From NCBI GenBank assembly GCA_951406725.2, contig OX597835.1, forward strand, positions 14,074,001 through 14,138,000: a stretch of 64,000 bases of DNA, given 5' to 3'. Position 1 is the stretch's first letter, and each line of letters opens with the position of its first letter. The notes beneath the pieces were generated by a model. It was not told the origin of the DNA, did not search any database, and saw nothing but the letters and a program-made list of their open reading frames with translations. Shown piece after piece: positions 14,071-28,175 of the stretch. This DNA comes from Octopus vulgaris (taxonomy: Eukaryota). The translations under genes and the position numbers were made by a program.

Positions 14071-14192
14071 GATGATGGTGATGATAAGTGATGGTGGTGG
14101 TGATGACGGTGGTGGTGGTGATGATGATGATGATGGTGGTGGTGGTGATGATGGTGATGATGTGATGGTGGTGGTGATGACGGTGGTGGTGG

Positions 14193-14223
<31 letters not shown>

Positions 14224-14271
14224 GACGGTGATGATAAGTGATGGTGGTGGTGATGACGGTGGTGGTGGTGA

Positions 14272-14303
<32 letters not shown>

Positions 14304-17300
14304 ATGATGGTGGTGATGATGACGGTGGTGATGATGATGATGATGATGGTGGTGGTGATGATGATGGTGGTGGTGGTGGTGGTGATGATGATGATATGGT
14401 GGTGGTGGTGATGATGATGATGGTAATGATAAGTGATGGTGGTGGTGATGATAAGTGATGGTGATGATGATGGTGGTGACGGTGATGATAAGTGATGGTG
14501 GTGGTGGTGCTGGAGGTGATGGTAATGGTGGCAGCAGACAAGTCACACTTTTACAGAAACTGGTAGTTTGACTAAATTGCAGGCAAGGAATTTACACAAG
14601 AAAAGTTAATCTTAAAGTAAACACAACGAGAGGCTTAACTTTTTTTATTACCATATTCGTGCCAACATATGCTGCCACTGTTTCAATTAATTTTCAAAAC
14701 AAGGAAGAAAGCGCAGGTGTGGCTGTGTGGTAAGAAGTTTGCTTCCCAACCACATGGTTCCGGGTTCAGTCCCACTGCGTGGCACCTTGGGCAAGTGTTT
14801 TCTTCTATAGCCTTGGATTGACCAAAGCCTTGTGAGTGGATTTGGTAGAAGGAAATACATCATCATCATCATCGTTTAACATCCGCTTTTCATGCTGGCA
14901 TGGGTTGGACAGTTGGACATGGAGCTGTCCTGACTAAAATTGTCTGTTGTGGCATGGTTTCTATGGCTGGATGCCTTTCCTATATATCGATCAACATCAA
15001 TGGAAATTACAGCTGTGATACCAGTGCCGGTGGAACGTAAGAGAACCATCCGAATGTGGCCGTTGCCAGTGCCGCCCCGACTGGCCTCGTGCTGGTGGCA
15101 CGTAAAAAGCACTATCCGTTCGTGGCTTGCCAGCCTCGCCTGGCCTCCGTGCCGGTGGCACGTAAAAAGCACCATCCATTCGTGGCCGTCTGCCAGCCTC
15201 GCCTGGCCCCCGTGCCGGTGGCACATAAAAAGCTCCATCCGATCGTGGGCGTTTGCCATCCTCGTCTGGCACCTGTGCTGGTGGCACGTAAAAAGCACCC
15301 ACTACACTCACAGAGTGGTTGGCGTTAGGAAGGGCATCCAGCTGTAGAAACATTGCCAGATCAGACTGGGCCTGGTGCAGCCTTCTGACTTCCTAGACCC
15401 CAGTTGAACCGTCCAACCCATGCTAGCATGGAAAGCGGACGCTAAACGATGATGATGATGTGTCTCTGTTTATCCCCCCACCACCATTTGACAACTGGTG
15501 TCAATGTGTTTACATCTCCATAACTTAGTGGTTCAGCAAAAGAAACCAACAGAATAATGACAATGATTCAAAAAATAAGTCATAGGGTCGATTTGTTTGA
15601 CTAAAACCCTTCAGGGTGGTGCCCCAGTATGGCCACAATCAAAAATCACTGAAACAAGTAAAAGAATTTATTAAAATAACTTTCTAATTATAAAACTGGG
15701 ACCTGGGACAAATTAGCATAAAATTTAGACCACTTTAAAACTTGGGGATGGTCAGAGGTGGGTTGGCATCAAAAGGGCTGAGATACTTACACTGCGTTTG
15801 TCAACCATCCAACCTCCTTCGGGAAACAGCAGGACATTGTAGATTCTACCTTTGGTCGTCTGAAAGCAAAATACTTCAATATTTAATTGATTGTTCATTT
15901 AACCCTTTCATTACTGTATTTATTTTAAGATGCTCTGTGTTTCTTTCAATTACTTTAAATATAAACAAAGAATTTAGCAAAATAACTTAGTTATCATTAA
16001 GCTAGTATTAAGAATATAAATTGTGACTAAGGTTTGGTGGAAGATTTTAATTGAAAACTTATTAAAACAAAACATTTGTACTTGGAGCCAGAGCTGGTTT
16101 CAGCTGGGTTGGTATCAAAAGGGTTAAGAATTGTTTCTCTATTATATATTTTAACCCTTTTGTTACCATATTGCTGTTGAGATGCTCTGTGTTTCTTTCA
16201 ATTACTTTTAAATATAAACAAAGAATTTAGCAAAATAACTTAGTTATCATTAAGCTAGTATTAAGAATATAAATTGTGACTAAGGTTTGGTGGAAGATTT
16301 TAATTAAAACCTGAAGAAAACAACACATTTGTACAACAGGGCCAGAGCCAGTTTCAGCCGGGTTGGTAACGAAAGGGTTAAAAATATCTGAGACAAGAAT
16401 CACTGGACAGATTTTTATGGGTAAGGCCAAAACTGGCAGGAGACCTTGGAAAAGATCACCAGTGAGATGGTTGCATATCCATAACACTTGGTCTTGTTAA
16501 AGAATCCAGCCAGAATATTTGCTGATGGTGGCCTCTGTTAGGAATCTTCTGGAGAATATCTTGGCAGATTCTGCCCCCACACAACTCGTTACAGAAATAG
16601 CGAGCAAGCCAGGGGTATTTTTATAAACAATTTTAACAATAAATGATAAATCAACCTTTATATCAATCAAAATACAAAGGCAACGTTGACCTCAGCGACA
16701 TTTGAACTCTAAGCTGGAAAAAATACTGCTGAGCATTTTTTCCAGGGCGCTAATGATTCTTCCCACTTGCCGCCTTATATATGGTGGATATTGACAGCTG
16801 GCGGTCTTAGGTGGATTATAGTCAGACAAAGACGTGATCGTTACTAACGTCGCTTCACTGGCACCTGTGCCGGTGGCACATGTAAAAAGATTCAAGCGAG
16901 GTCATTGCCAGTACCGCCTGACAGGCCTCTGTGCCGGTGACACGTAAAAAGCACCCACTACACTCTCGGAGTGGTTTGCGTTAGGAAGGGCATCCAGCTG
17001 TAGAGACTCTGCCAGATCAAGATTGGAGCAAGGTGCAGCCATCTGGTTCGCCAGCCCTCAGTCAAAATCGTCCAACCCATGCTAGCATGGAAAGCGAACG
17101 TTAAACGATGATGATGATGATGATGATGAAAGACATCATTTTGTGTTGAATCTAATTTGTACATCAACAACTGAGCTCAACAAATATAAGTCAATTAAAA
17201 TACTTACTCTTGTCTGCATGGTGAACCGATGCTTCCATTGGTCCAGTTCGATCTCAAACTGTTTGAGTTCATGTTCATAAGCTATCCGGTCTTTGAAGTC

Positions 17301-19703
17301 AGCATTTTCCGGCCTCTCTGGAGCAGAGGGTTTGCTGTGGTGATATAATTCAAACCAGTCGTTGAAAGACTCAATAGCATCCTAAGGAAGAGATAAGAAA
17401 TGGTGCTGTTAGAATAAAAGAATGGAGCGATAACAGAAACAAAAGGATGGTGATTGTTAGTATAAATGATGATGATGATAATATATCTATATATATATAT
17501 ATATATATATCTGTGTGTGTGTGTGTGTGTGTGTGTATATACACACACACTTGAAATGGAAACAAATTCATTGGCAATAACGGTGTTTTTAAACTAAAAA
17601 AAAAGAGAGGAAGTATAGGCGCAGGAGTGGCTGTGTGGTAAGTAGCTTGCTAACCAGCCGCATGGTTCCGGGTTCAGTCCCACTGCGTGGCATCTTGGGC
17701 AAGTGTCTTCTGCTATAGCCCCGGGCCGACCAATGCCTTGTGAGTGGATTTGGTAGACGGAAACTGAAAGAAGCCTGTCGTATATATGTATCTGGCCTAT
17801 CAGGAATCACTGCTGAGATGCTTAAAACAGCTGGCTATGTGGGCTATACCATAGTCATCCGCATTGTAAACCAGGTAGTTCACAATGGAGTCATACCCAA
17901 TGACTGGTGCAGCAGCACCATAGTCAACTGCTACAAGGGTAAGGGTGATGCTCTAGATAGAAATAACTACAGAGGTATCAAACTGTTGGACCAGGTGATG
18001 AAGGTCTCAGAGAAGGTCATAACCCATCTCATTAGGGAGAGAATTTGTTTAGATGAAATGCAGTTCGGTTTTGTACCAGGTAGAAGCACCACTGATGCTA
18101 TATTCCTGGTTCGACAACTGCAGGAGAAGTACCTAGCTAAAGATAAACCCCTCTACATAGCTTTTGTAGACTTGGAGAAAGCCTTTGACAGGGTTCCCCG
18201 TTCCCTCATCTGGTGGTCGATGCGGAAACTGGAGATTGAAGAATGGCTAATAAGGGCTGTACAGGCTCTATACAGAGAGGCTGTCAGCAAGGTTAGGATT
18301 GGCAACGAATATAGTGAAGAATTCCGGGTAGAAGTAGGTGTGCACCAGGGCTCAGCCCTCAGTCCCCTTTTATTCATCATAGTCCTTCAGGCAATAACAG
18401 AGGAATTCAAAACGGGATGCCCCTGGGAGCTCCTCTATGCCGATGACCTAGCTCTCATAGCAGAATCACTACCGGAACTAGAAGAGAAATTTCGGGTGTG
18501 GAAGCAAGGGTTGGAATCAAAGGGCCTTAGAATAAATGTAGCAAAGACCAAAGTATTAGTAAGCAGCAAGAGGTACTCAGCACACACCCCCTCGGGTAGG
18601 TGGCCCTGCTCAATCTGTAGGAAAGGTACAGGTAGAAACTCCATAAGATGCACCCAATGTAAGTTATGGACACATAAGAGGTGCAGCAACATTAAAGGGA
18701 AATTAACAGATAAGATAGCTTTCATGTGCGGCAGATGCACAGGGACAATAGACACAACAGACACTCAGAAAACAGATTCCATCACACTCCAGGGAGAGAA
18801 ACTAGAAGTAGTTGATAGTTTCCGCTACCTGGGTGACCAAGTTAGTAGCGGAGGTGGATGCACAGAGAGTATCACCACTAGAATACGAATAGCCTGGGCA
18901 AAGTTCAGAAAGCTCCTACCCCTACTGGCAACAAAAGGTCTCTCCCTCAGAGCGAAAGGTAGATTGTATGATGCATGTGTGCGAACTGCCATGCTTCACG
19001 GTAATGAAACATGGGCTGTGACTGCAGAGGACATGCGTAGACTTGAAAGAAATGAAGCTAGCATGATCCGCTGGATGTGTAGTGTCAGTGTGCACGCAAG
19101 ACAGAGTGTAAGCATCCTAAGAGAAATGCTGGATATAAGAAGCATCAGATGTGGTGTGCAAGAGCGACGCTTGCGATGGTATGGTCATGTGCTGCGGATG
19201 GATGAAGAGAGATGTGTGAAGAAGTGCCACTCCCAAACAGTTGAAGGTATCAGGGGAGAGGTAGACCCAGGAAGACATGGGATGAGGTAGTCAAGCATGA
19301 CCCCAGAGCATTGGGCCTCACTGAGGCAATGGCGAAGGACCGAGATCTCTGGAGATATGCTGTGACTGCAAAAACCCGGGCTGCTTTCTGCAGCAATTCC
19401 ACATACCCCCTACCCATTCAAAGTACCCCCGGACCCAGTTGCCCCCGTGCCGCTGGCACGTTAAAAGCTCGAACCGATCGTGACCGATGCTGGACCCCCC
19501 GGCCCCTGTGCAGGTGGCACGTAAAAAGCACCCAATCCACTCACGGAGTGGTTGGCGTTAGGAAGGGCATCCAGCCGTAGAAACTCTGCCAAATCAGACT
19601 GGAGCCTGGAGCGGCCCCTGGCTTCCCAGACCCCGGTCGAACCGTCCAACCCGTGCTAGCGCGGAAAAACGGACGTTAAACGATGATGATGCTGATGATG
19701 ATG

Positions 19704-19735
<32 letters not shown>

Positions 19736-22700
19736 TTGTGTGTCTGTGTTTGTCCCCCTAGCATTGCTTGACAACCGATGCTGGTGTGTTTACGTCCCCG
19801 TCACTTAGCGGTTCGGCAAAAGAGACCGATAGAACAAGTACTGGGCTTACAAAGAATAAGTCCCGGGGTCGATTTGATCGACTAAAGGCGGTGCTCCAGC
19901 ATGGCCGCAGTCAAATGACTGAAACAAGTAAAAGAGTAAAGAGTAAGGGGATCAGAGGAAAAACAGGGGCCACAACAAGAACAAATGATGAAGGGAAACA
20001 GAGAAACTCACCAGACAAGCCTTGATGCAGTGATACTCCCTCACGACATTCTCTTCATGAGTAGCAAGTTCTTCAGAGTCAAACTACATAAAAGTTAAAA
20101 AAAAAAAGAAACAACAAATGAAAAAAAATTAATCAAAATACCGATAGTGGTACCGTCCTCTGGCACCCTAGGTTTTCTCCTACTTCATGCAGGAACCACA
20201 TTTGCATACATTATATACAGGCAGTATGCATATATTTTATCTATGAGCACTCACATAGACACACACAGAGACATATATATTGGGTCGTCCTATAAATAAT
20301 GTGTTTTTTTCAATTGCATGAACTAAAAGTTGTAGGGGGATGGGCTTAAGTACCTGTATCAACTTGCTATAAAAGCAAGTAGTAATTTTACCTTGTCCTT
20401 ATTCTTAGTGCAAGTTTTGAAGAGTGCAGTTCAATTTTAACAGCTATTTTTTCAAAGCTATAATGGAAATGATAAAGGAACATCTTCAGCATATCAATGC
20501 AGTGTCATTGGTGGTTCCAGAAATTCTGAGCCAGAAACTACAGCCTAGAAGGCCAGCCTTGTCCTGGAAGATTTGTAGAGCTCAATGAGGAAGTCCTGAA
20601 AACCCTGGTGGAACAAAATCCCATTGTAACTGTTGAGGAACTAGCAGAGAAGCTTGCACGTCGTCATTCAACCATTCACCGATACCTGCATGTCATCGGA
20701 AAAGTCAGCAAATTGAATCAATGGGTTCCTCACAAACTTTCCGAGTCTAATTGCACAGCAGAAAGCTTGCAAGCAACACCACTAAAATTCACAAAATGCC
20801 ATATAAAATATATCGAAATCGATCAACATCAATGGAAATTGTAGCTGTGATACCAGTGCCGGTGGCACATAAGAGAACCATCCGAACGTGGCCGTTGCCA
20901 GCGCCGCCCCGACTGGCCTCCGTGCCGGTGGCACGTAAAAAGCACCATCCGATTGTAGCTGTTGCCAGCCTCGTCCGGCCCCCGTGCGGTGGCACGTAAA
21001 AAGCACCATCCAATCGTGGCCGTTTGCCAGCTTTGTCTAGCACCTGTGCATGTGGCATGTAAAAAGCACCCACTACACTCACGGAGTGGTTGGCATTAGG
21101 AAGGGCATCCAGCTGTAGAAACACTGCCAGATCAGACTGGGCCTGGTGCAGCCTTCTGGCTTCCCAGACCCCAGTTGAACCATCCAACCCATGCTAGCAT
21201 GGAAAACGGACGTTAAACGACAATGATGATGATGAGACCATTAAGTCTGCAGCTAAAGTGAAATTATTGATGTAATTATCTACTGACCTTCTCATGCCAG
21301 ATTCTTGTGATAATGCCAACAGAATCAGATGGCAGTTTCTCAAAGACTTGTCTTGCAGCTGTTGGTTTATTCATGGCTAAAATACACAAAGAACAAAGAT
21401 TTAATACATGGATCCCAGAGAGCTTTATACTTACAACAGTTTGTAACAATATGAGGATTACTGCAAGCTCTTCTTACAAAATTTACAAAGAATATGAGGC
21501 TCATGGCAAGCTTCCCATTTAACTCTTGCATTACCAATCTGTCTGAGACCAGCCCTGGTTCTTTAATGCAATCTTCAAGTTCTTAAAGTGAACTAAACTA
21601 AAACCTTTCGTTAAAATTTCATGCTAATTTAAGTTTGAAAAACGGTTTATTTATTTTACTCCGTTACTTGTTTCAGTCATTTGACTGTGGCCATGCTGGA
21701 GCACCACCTTTAGTCTAGCAAATCAACCCCAGGACTTACTCTTTGTAAGCCTAGTACTTATTCTATCGGTCTCTTTTGCCGAACCGCTAAGTTACAGGGA
21801 CGTAAACATACCAGCATCGGTTGTCAAGCGATGTTGGGGGGATAAACACAGACACACATATATATATATATATGTATATATGCAACGGGCTTCTTTCAGT
21901 TTCCGTCTACTTTAAATATAACAAAGAATTTAGTAAAATAACTTAGTTATCATTAAGCTAGTGTTAGGAACATAAATTGTGACTAAGGTTTGGTGGAAAA
22001 TTTCAATCCAAAACTTATGGAAACAAGACATTTGTACAACAGAGTCAGAGCCGGTTTCAGCCGGGTTGGTAACGAAAGGGTTAAAGAACTTGGAGTTTGT
22101 ATAACAGAACAAGGTCAATCTCAGGTGAGTATCAGAAGGGTTAGAGTATGCAGAAACAGTGTGGTTTACTGCATGATCTCTGCATACTGGTTTTTGCAAA
22201 CAATATGGAGTCCTGTAGGTATATATTGGTGAATTGAAAGATGTTAGAATTGTGCATATAAGGCTTACAGAGGAGTTGAAAATCCCAAATGCCTTTTTGG
22301 ATAAGTACAAGAGGGAACTAAAAAGTTCTTGGCTTTAAGGGTATCATGAAAGGCCTGGTTGGAGGACCAATCTTCCCAGTTCTTTTACAGGACTTAGAAA
22401 AACTGTAATAAGTGTGCGAATCAGAGAGAACATCATCATCGTTTAACGTCCGTTTTTCCATGCTGGCATGGGTTGGACGGTTCGACCGGGGTCTGGGAAG
22501 CCAGGGGATGCACCAGGCTCCAGTCTGATCTGGCAGTGTTTCTACAGCTTGATGCCCTTCCTAACGCCAACCACTCCGCGAGTGTAGCGGGTGCTTTTTA
22601 CGTGCCACCGGCACAGGTGCCAGGGCAGTCTGGCATCGGCCACGATCGGTTGGTGCTTTTAACGTGCCACCGGCACGGAAGCCAGCCAAGGCGGCGCTGG

Positions 22701-25700
22701 CATCGTTTAATAAAATCATTAATTAACTGATCCTCCTGTATTTTCTTTTACCTAAAGCCAGGAACTTTTCAGCATGCCCTTGTGTACCATATACCATATG
22801 ATAGCGTAGATATGAAGAGAAAAAGAAAGAGAGAGAGAAATACAGATGAGGGGACAGGCAGACAGATATAGGAGCAAAGGTTTAGTATAGAATGGTAATA
22901 TTAGGGAGCATATCCTTACCCAAGAAACCTCGCATCACAGCATTTGCTTGCTTGACAGCTTCTAATCGCTGCGATGGATCAAATGTTAACCAATCAATAG
23001 CTTCAATTTTCTGTTTGTCTTCCTAAAAAATAAAATTAAAATAATTAACAAAAAAAATATTGATTGGGGTTTGATAAACTGAGGCCCTCACAGAAGAAAA
23101 GGCCATGACATTAATCAGAGAAATAGTGAAGAAATCATTATCATCATCAACATTTAATGTTCATTTCCCATGCTGGCATGGGTTGGACGGTTTGACAAGA
23201 GTTGATCAGCTGAAAAGCTGCCCGGGTCACAATGTTTGTTTCGGCCTGGTTTCTACAGCTGGATGCCCTTCCTAATGCCAACCCCTTTACAGAGTGTACT
23301 GGGTGCTTTTACATGGCACCAGCACCCACGAGCCTGCAAGATTAGGAATGCTCAGCTGGACGGAGATGCAGGGGACAAACCTGTATGCAAGGGCAACCAC
23401 ACCTTTTACTTACATTCTGAGTTCAAATTCCGCCGAGGTCGACTTTGTCTTTCATCCTTTCGGGTTTGATAAATTAAGTACCAGTTACGCACTGGGGTTG
23501 ATGTAATCGACTTAATCCCTTTGTCTGTCCTTGCTTGTCCCCTCTATGTTTAGCCCCTTGTGGGCAATAAAGAAATAAGATAGCAGAAACATTAGCATTT
23601 CTTTCAGCTTTTTACATTCCGAGTTCAAATTCCACTGAGGTCAGCTTTGCCTTTCGTCTTTTCAGGGTCAATAAAATAAGTACCGGTAGTGAACTGGGGT
23701 TGATGTAATCAACTAACCCCACTTCATCCACAAATGGCTAGCCTAGGGCTAAAACTTCGAACCCTTAAAAAAAAAAGGAAAGAAAAAAAACACACTCAAA
23801 CAAATAGTGACTTCTTCGACTGATTCAGTAGCTGTACCGGTCATACTGGAGCACCTCTTTCAAGGTTATATTTCATTACATCATCTTCCTCTCCATCTGT
23901 TCTAGTATTCTGTTTGGTTATTGACCTCGGCAGAAAGAAAGGCAAATCTGACTGAGCCAAGATTTGAACTCAGAATCTAGAGAGAAGCAACCAAATCATC
24001 ATCATCATCACTATCATTTAACGTCCATTGTCCATGCTGGGATCGATTGGACGGTTTGACCAGAGCTGGCAAGCCAGAGAGCTGCACCAAGCCCCAGTCC
24101 AGTTTGGCATGGTTTCTATGGCCGGATGCCCTTCCTAGCACCAACCACTTTACAGAGTGGGCAGAGTGATTTTACGTTGCACCGCACGAGTGCTTAAGAT
24201 ATTTACCCAACAACCTGCGCTGATTCTGCCCAGCCTTGCTAATAAGAAACAGAATGCCAGAATGCAGAGAAACAGCTCAACAAAGACAGGTGTGCAGTCA
24301 TTGATCTTACCTTTGATATGGTCGAATTGATATTACTTGTTGGCCGGTTTATTGTGGGATCATCTCTCTTACGAATGTTCTCGACAACGGTTTTTGTAAT
24401 GACATCCACAGCAAGACCAGCTTCTTTGGCAAGTTCCAAATATAAATGACGTTCATCCTTCTTCTCTACACCTGTTTACATCGACGAGTTAATAAAAGGT
24501 AAACAGAGAATAAAGATAAACTTTAGTGAAGTTAATCCAAACAAGAAAGCACAAAAAAAAAACACAACAACGCGAGGACGTGGCACAAATATAGTATTAT
24601 TGGAAGCTCAGGAAAGAAGGAAAGAAGGAGGGTTTAACGTTTCGAGCGGAGCTCTTTGGCGGAAACATAGGAGAAGGAAAGATCCAGAGAAGGGAAGACA
24701 GAGGAAAAAAAATTGCCAACGGTACAAACTTTAGTGAACATACATGTGTGTGGGTGTGTGTGTGTGTGTGTGTGTGTGTATTAGTGTAGCAGCAGCATGA
24801 ATGAAGCAATGTGTGATGTTTTAGGTTCAAATCAAAGCTGTTCAAAAGCTGAAGCAAATATACAGGAGTGGCTGTGTGGTAAGTAGCTTGCTAACCAACC
24901 ACATGGTTCCGGGTTCAGTCCCACTGCGTGGCATCTTGGGCAAGAGTCTTCTGCTATAGCCCCGGGCCGACCAATGCCTTGTGAGTGGATTTGGTAAATG
25001 GAAACTGAAAGAAGCCTGTCGTATATGTATACAGGCGCAGGAGTGGCTATGTGGTAAGTAGCTTGCTAACCAACCACATGGTTCCGGGTTCAGTCCCACT
25101 GCGTGGCACCTTGGGCAAATGTCTTCTGCTATAGCCCCGGGCCGACCAATGCCTTGTGAGTGGATTTGGTAAATGGAAACTGAAAGAAGCCTGTCGTATA
25201 TGTATACAGGCGCAGGAGTGGCTGTGTGGTAAGTAGCTTGCTAACCAACCACATGGTTCCGGGTTCAGTCCCACTGCGTGGCACCTTGGGCAAGTGTCTT
25301 CTGCTATAGCCTCGGGCCGACCAAAGCCTTGTGAGTGGATTTGGTAGACGGAAACTGAAAGCAGCCTGTCGTATATATGTATATATGTATGTGTGTGTAT
25401 GTGTGTCTATGTTTGTCCCCCTAGCATTGCTTGACAACCGATGCTGGTGTGTTTACGTTCCCGTCACTTAGCGGTTCAGCAAAAGAGACCGATAGAATAA
25501 GTACTGGGTTTACAAAGAATAAGTCCCGGGGTCGATTTGCTCGACTAAAGGTGGTGCTCCAGCATGGCCGCAGTCAAATGACTGAAACAAGTAAAAAGAG
25601 TAAAAAGATAGAGAGACACAAAACAAAGTGGAAACTGTTGTTTTGAACATTGAACAAACAAATGAAACTCCAAGACTTTTATTTACTCACCTTCCAAAAA

Positions 25701-26617
25701 CAGGGCATAAGCGCTGGCCTGCCAACTTCTTGGTAAAGTGGCAACATAGGTTGCTACTTGGTGCACCATTTTATTTTGGATTAACAAATCTACATAGCCT
25801 TGTAAAATCTCATTGCATTTCTCTTCCTGAAATAAAGAATTTAATAATGATAGCATGTAGAATATTTGGTTAACCCTTTAATGTTTACGTCATTCTGCTA
25901 AAATTAAGGCTTTTTAATCCATTTTTGAACTAATCATGCATTATCTTGTAGCTATGAGATTTTGATGAGGTAGCTGTTCATTTTTAAAATGATATTGTAG
26001 GGTTGGTGTAAGAGACCAGATACGGCCAGTTTGAACAAGCAGAATACTTTTGGCTGGATATGGCCAGTTTAAATGCTAAAGGGTTAAAACGCCCCCAGGG
26101 ATGGTAAAAGAAGAAGGTTGCCCAACCTTTCAATTTTTTTTATTATTTGTAGCTTTTAAGGTGGGGGAACTGGCAGAATCGTTTGCATACCGAGTAAACT
26201 GCTTGGTGGCATTTTATACGTTTTTACATTCTGAGTTCAAATTCTGCCAAGGTCGACTTTGCTTTTCATTCTTTTGGGGTAGGTAAAATAGGTACCAGTT
26301 GAGTACTGGGGTCAATAAAACTGACTAGCTCCCTTCCCTGAACTTGCTGGCCTTGTGCCAAAATTTGAAACCATAAAGCTACAAATGCAGTTTTATCTAC
26401 AGTTTTACTCTTTTATGTGTTTCAGTCATTTGACTGTGGCCATGCTGGAGTACTGCCTTTAGTTCAGCAAATCGACCTCAGGACTTATTCTTTGGAAGCC
26501 TAGTACTTATTCTATCGGTCTCTCTTGCCGAACCGCTAAGTTATGGGGACGTAAACACACCAGCATCGGTTGTCAAGCAATGCTAGAGGGACAAACACAG
26601 ACACACAAACACACACA

Positions 26618-26652
<35 letters not shown>

Positions 26653-28144
26653 GATGGGCTTCTTTCAGTTTCCGTCTAACAAATCCACTCACAAGGCTTT
26701 GGTTGGCCCGAGGCTATAGTAGAAGACACTTATCCAAGGTGCCACTCAGTGGGACTGAACCCAGAACCATGTGGTTGGTAAGCAAGCTACTTACCACACA
26801 GCCTCTCCTGCACCTACTATCAACGAAAAATAATTTACCTCAATTCTCTTAAATTTCTTAATTCTACTAATAAATCCTTAAAATCCTTAAAAATGTTTTA
26901 GCCCGAAGGCCGTGGCCATGCTGGGGCACCACCGCTGTGAGAAAAAACAAAAACATGAATAATAAATAGTTATAGATGAAATTAAACAAAGTTTCAAACG
27001 AGAGAAAAAAAAAAAATCTTCCACCTTTGTTGTCAGCACTGGCGGTAGTGGTGGATGGGTGAATGGTTCTGTCATCATAATAGTCATGATTCTTTTCATG
27101 TTCATCATTAAATATTTGGAAAGTCTGAATTTTAAGATGCCACAAATTGGACAAACAGAAGACAAAATTTCAGATTTTTTGCCAGAAACCCTAAATTGCC
27201 TACATTCTTTGTTTTTGTGTCTCTGGAGAGTTGGGATATTTCTGGAATTGTATCATTTATTGCTTGTGTGGCACGTAAAAAGCACCAATCCGACCGTGGC
27301 CGTTGCCAGCCTCGCCTGGCACCTGTGCAGGTGGCACGTAAAAAGCACCAATCCGATTGTGACCGTTGCCAGCCTCGCCTGGCACCTGTGCAGGTGGCAC
27401 GTAAAAAGCACCAATCCGATTGTGGCCGTTGCCAGCCTCGCCTGGCACCTGTGCAGGTGGCACGTAAAAAGCACCCACTACACTCTTGGAGTGGTTGGTG
27501 TTAGGAAGGGCGTCCAGCTGTAGAAACACTGCCAGATCAGGCTGGAGCCTGGTGCAGCCTTCTGGCTTCCCAGATCCCTGGTCGAACCATCCAACCCATG
27601 CTAGCATGGAGAACGGACGTTAAACGATGATGATGATGATGATGGAAGGATGTGTTAGCAGACAGTAATCCCAAAGGAAAGTAGGAGAAACAATCACAGA
27701 GTAACACTTAGTTTCAATGACCATACTTGTGGATATGGTTGCATAGATAGCTAACAGTTGGCATTAGGAAGGACATCCAGCAATAGAAACGATGCCAAAG
27801 AGGATATTGGGGCCTGGCACAGCTCTGCAGTTTGTCAGACACTGTAAAACTGTCCAACTCCAGCACGGAAAATAGACAGATGATGATGATGGATTGTGAT
27901 ATGGTTAGATAGAGTGTCATCATCATCATAACTCTCTTTTCCTTGTTTCAGTCATTTGACTGCGGCCATGCTGGAGCACCGCCTTTAGTCGAGCAGATCG
28001 ACCCCAGGACTTATTCTTTGTAAGCCCACTACTTATTCTATTGGTCTCTTTTGCCGAACCGCTAAGTGACGGGGAAATAAACACACCAGCATCGGTTGTC
28101 AAGCAATGCTAGGGGGACAAACAGACACACAAACACACACATGC

Positions 28145-28175
<31 letters not shown>

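Noticed and set aside
13801-14546. Poly-His/Pro/Ser/Thr ORFs
   Set aside because: Trinucleotide repeat inside a NUP107 intron; no splice signals or complexity supporting an exon.
17740-17790. N-terminal part of the 516-aa ORF
   Set aside because: Derived from the host SINE and only fortuitously in frame; the LINE is 5'-truncated, lacks an endonuclease and is frameshifted, so it is not an active or domesticated gene on this evidence.
20789-21187. Recurrent short ORFs such as [12 protein letters not shown]..., MTTDAGVF..., [15 protein letters not shown]...
   Set aside because: Repeated translations of SINE and RTE-tail sequence, not a gene family.
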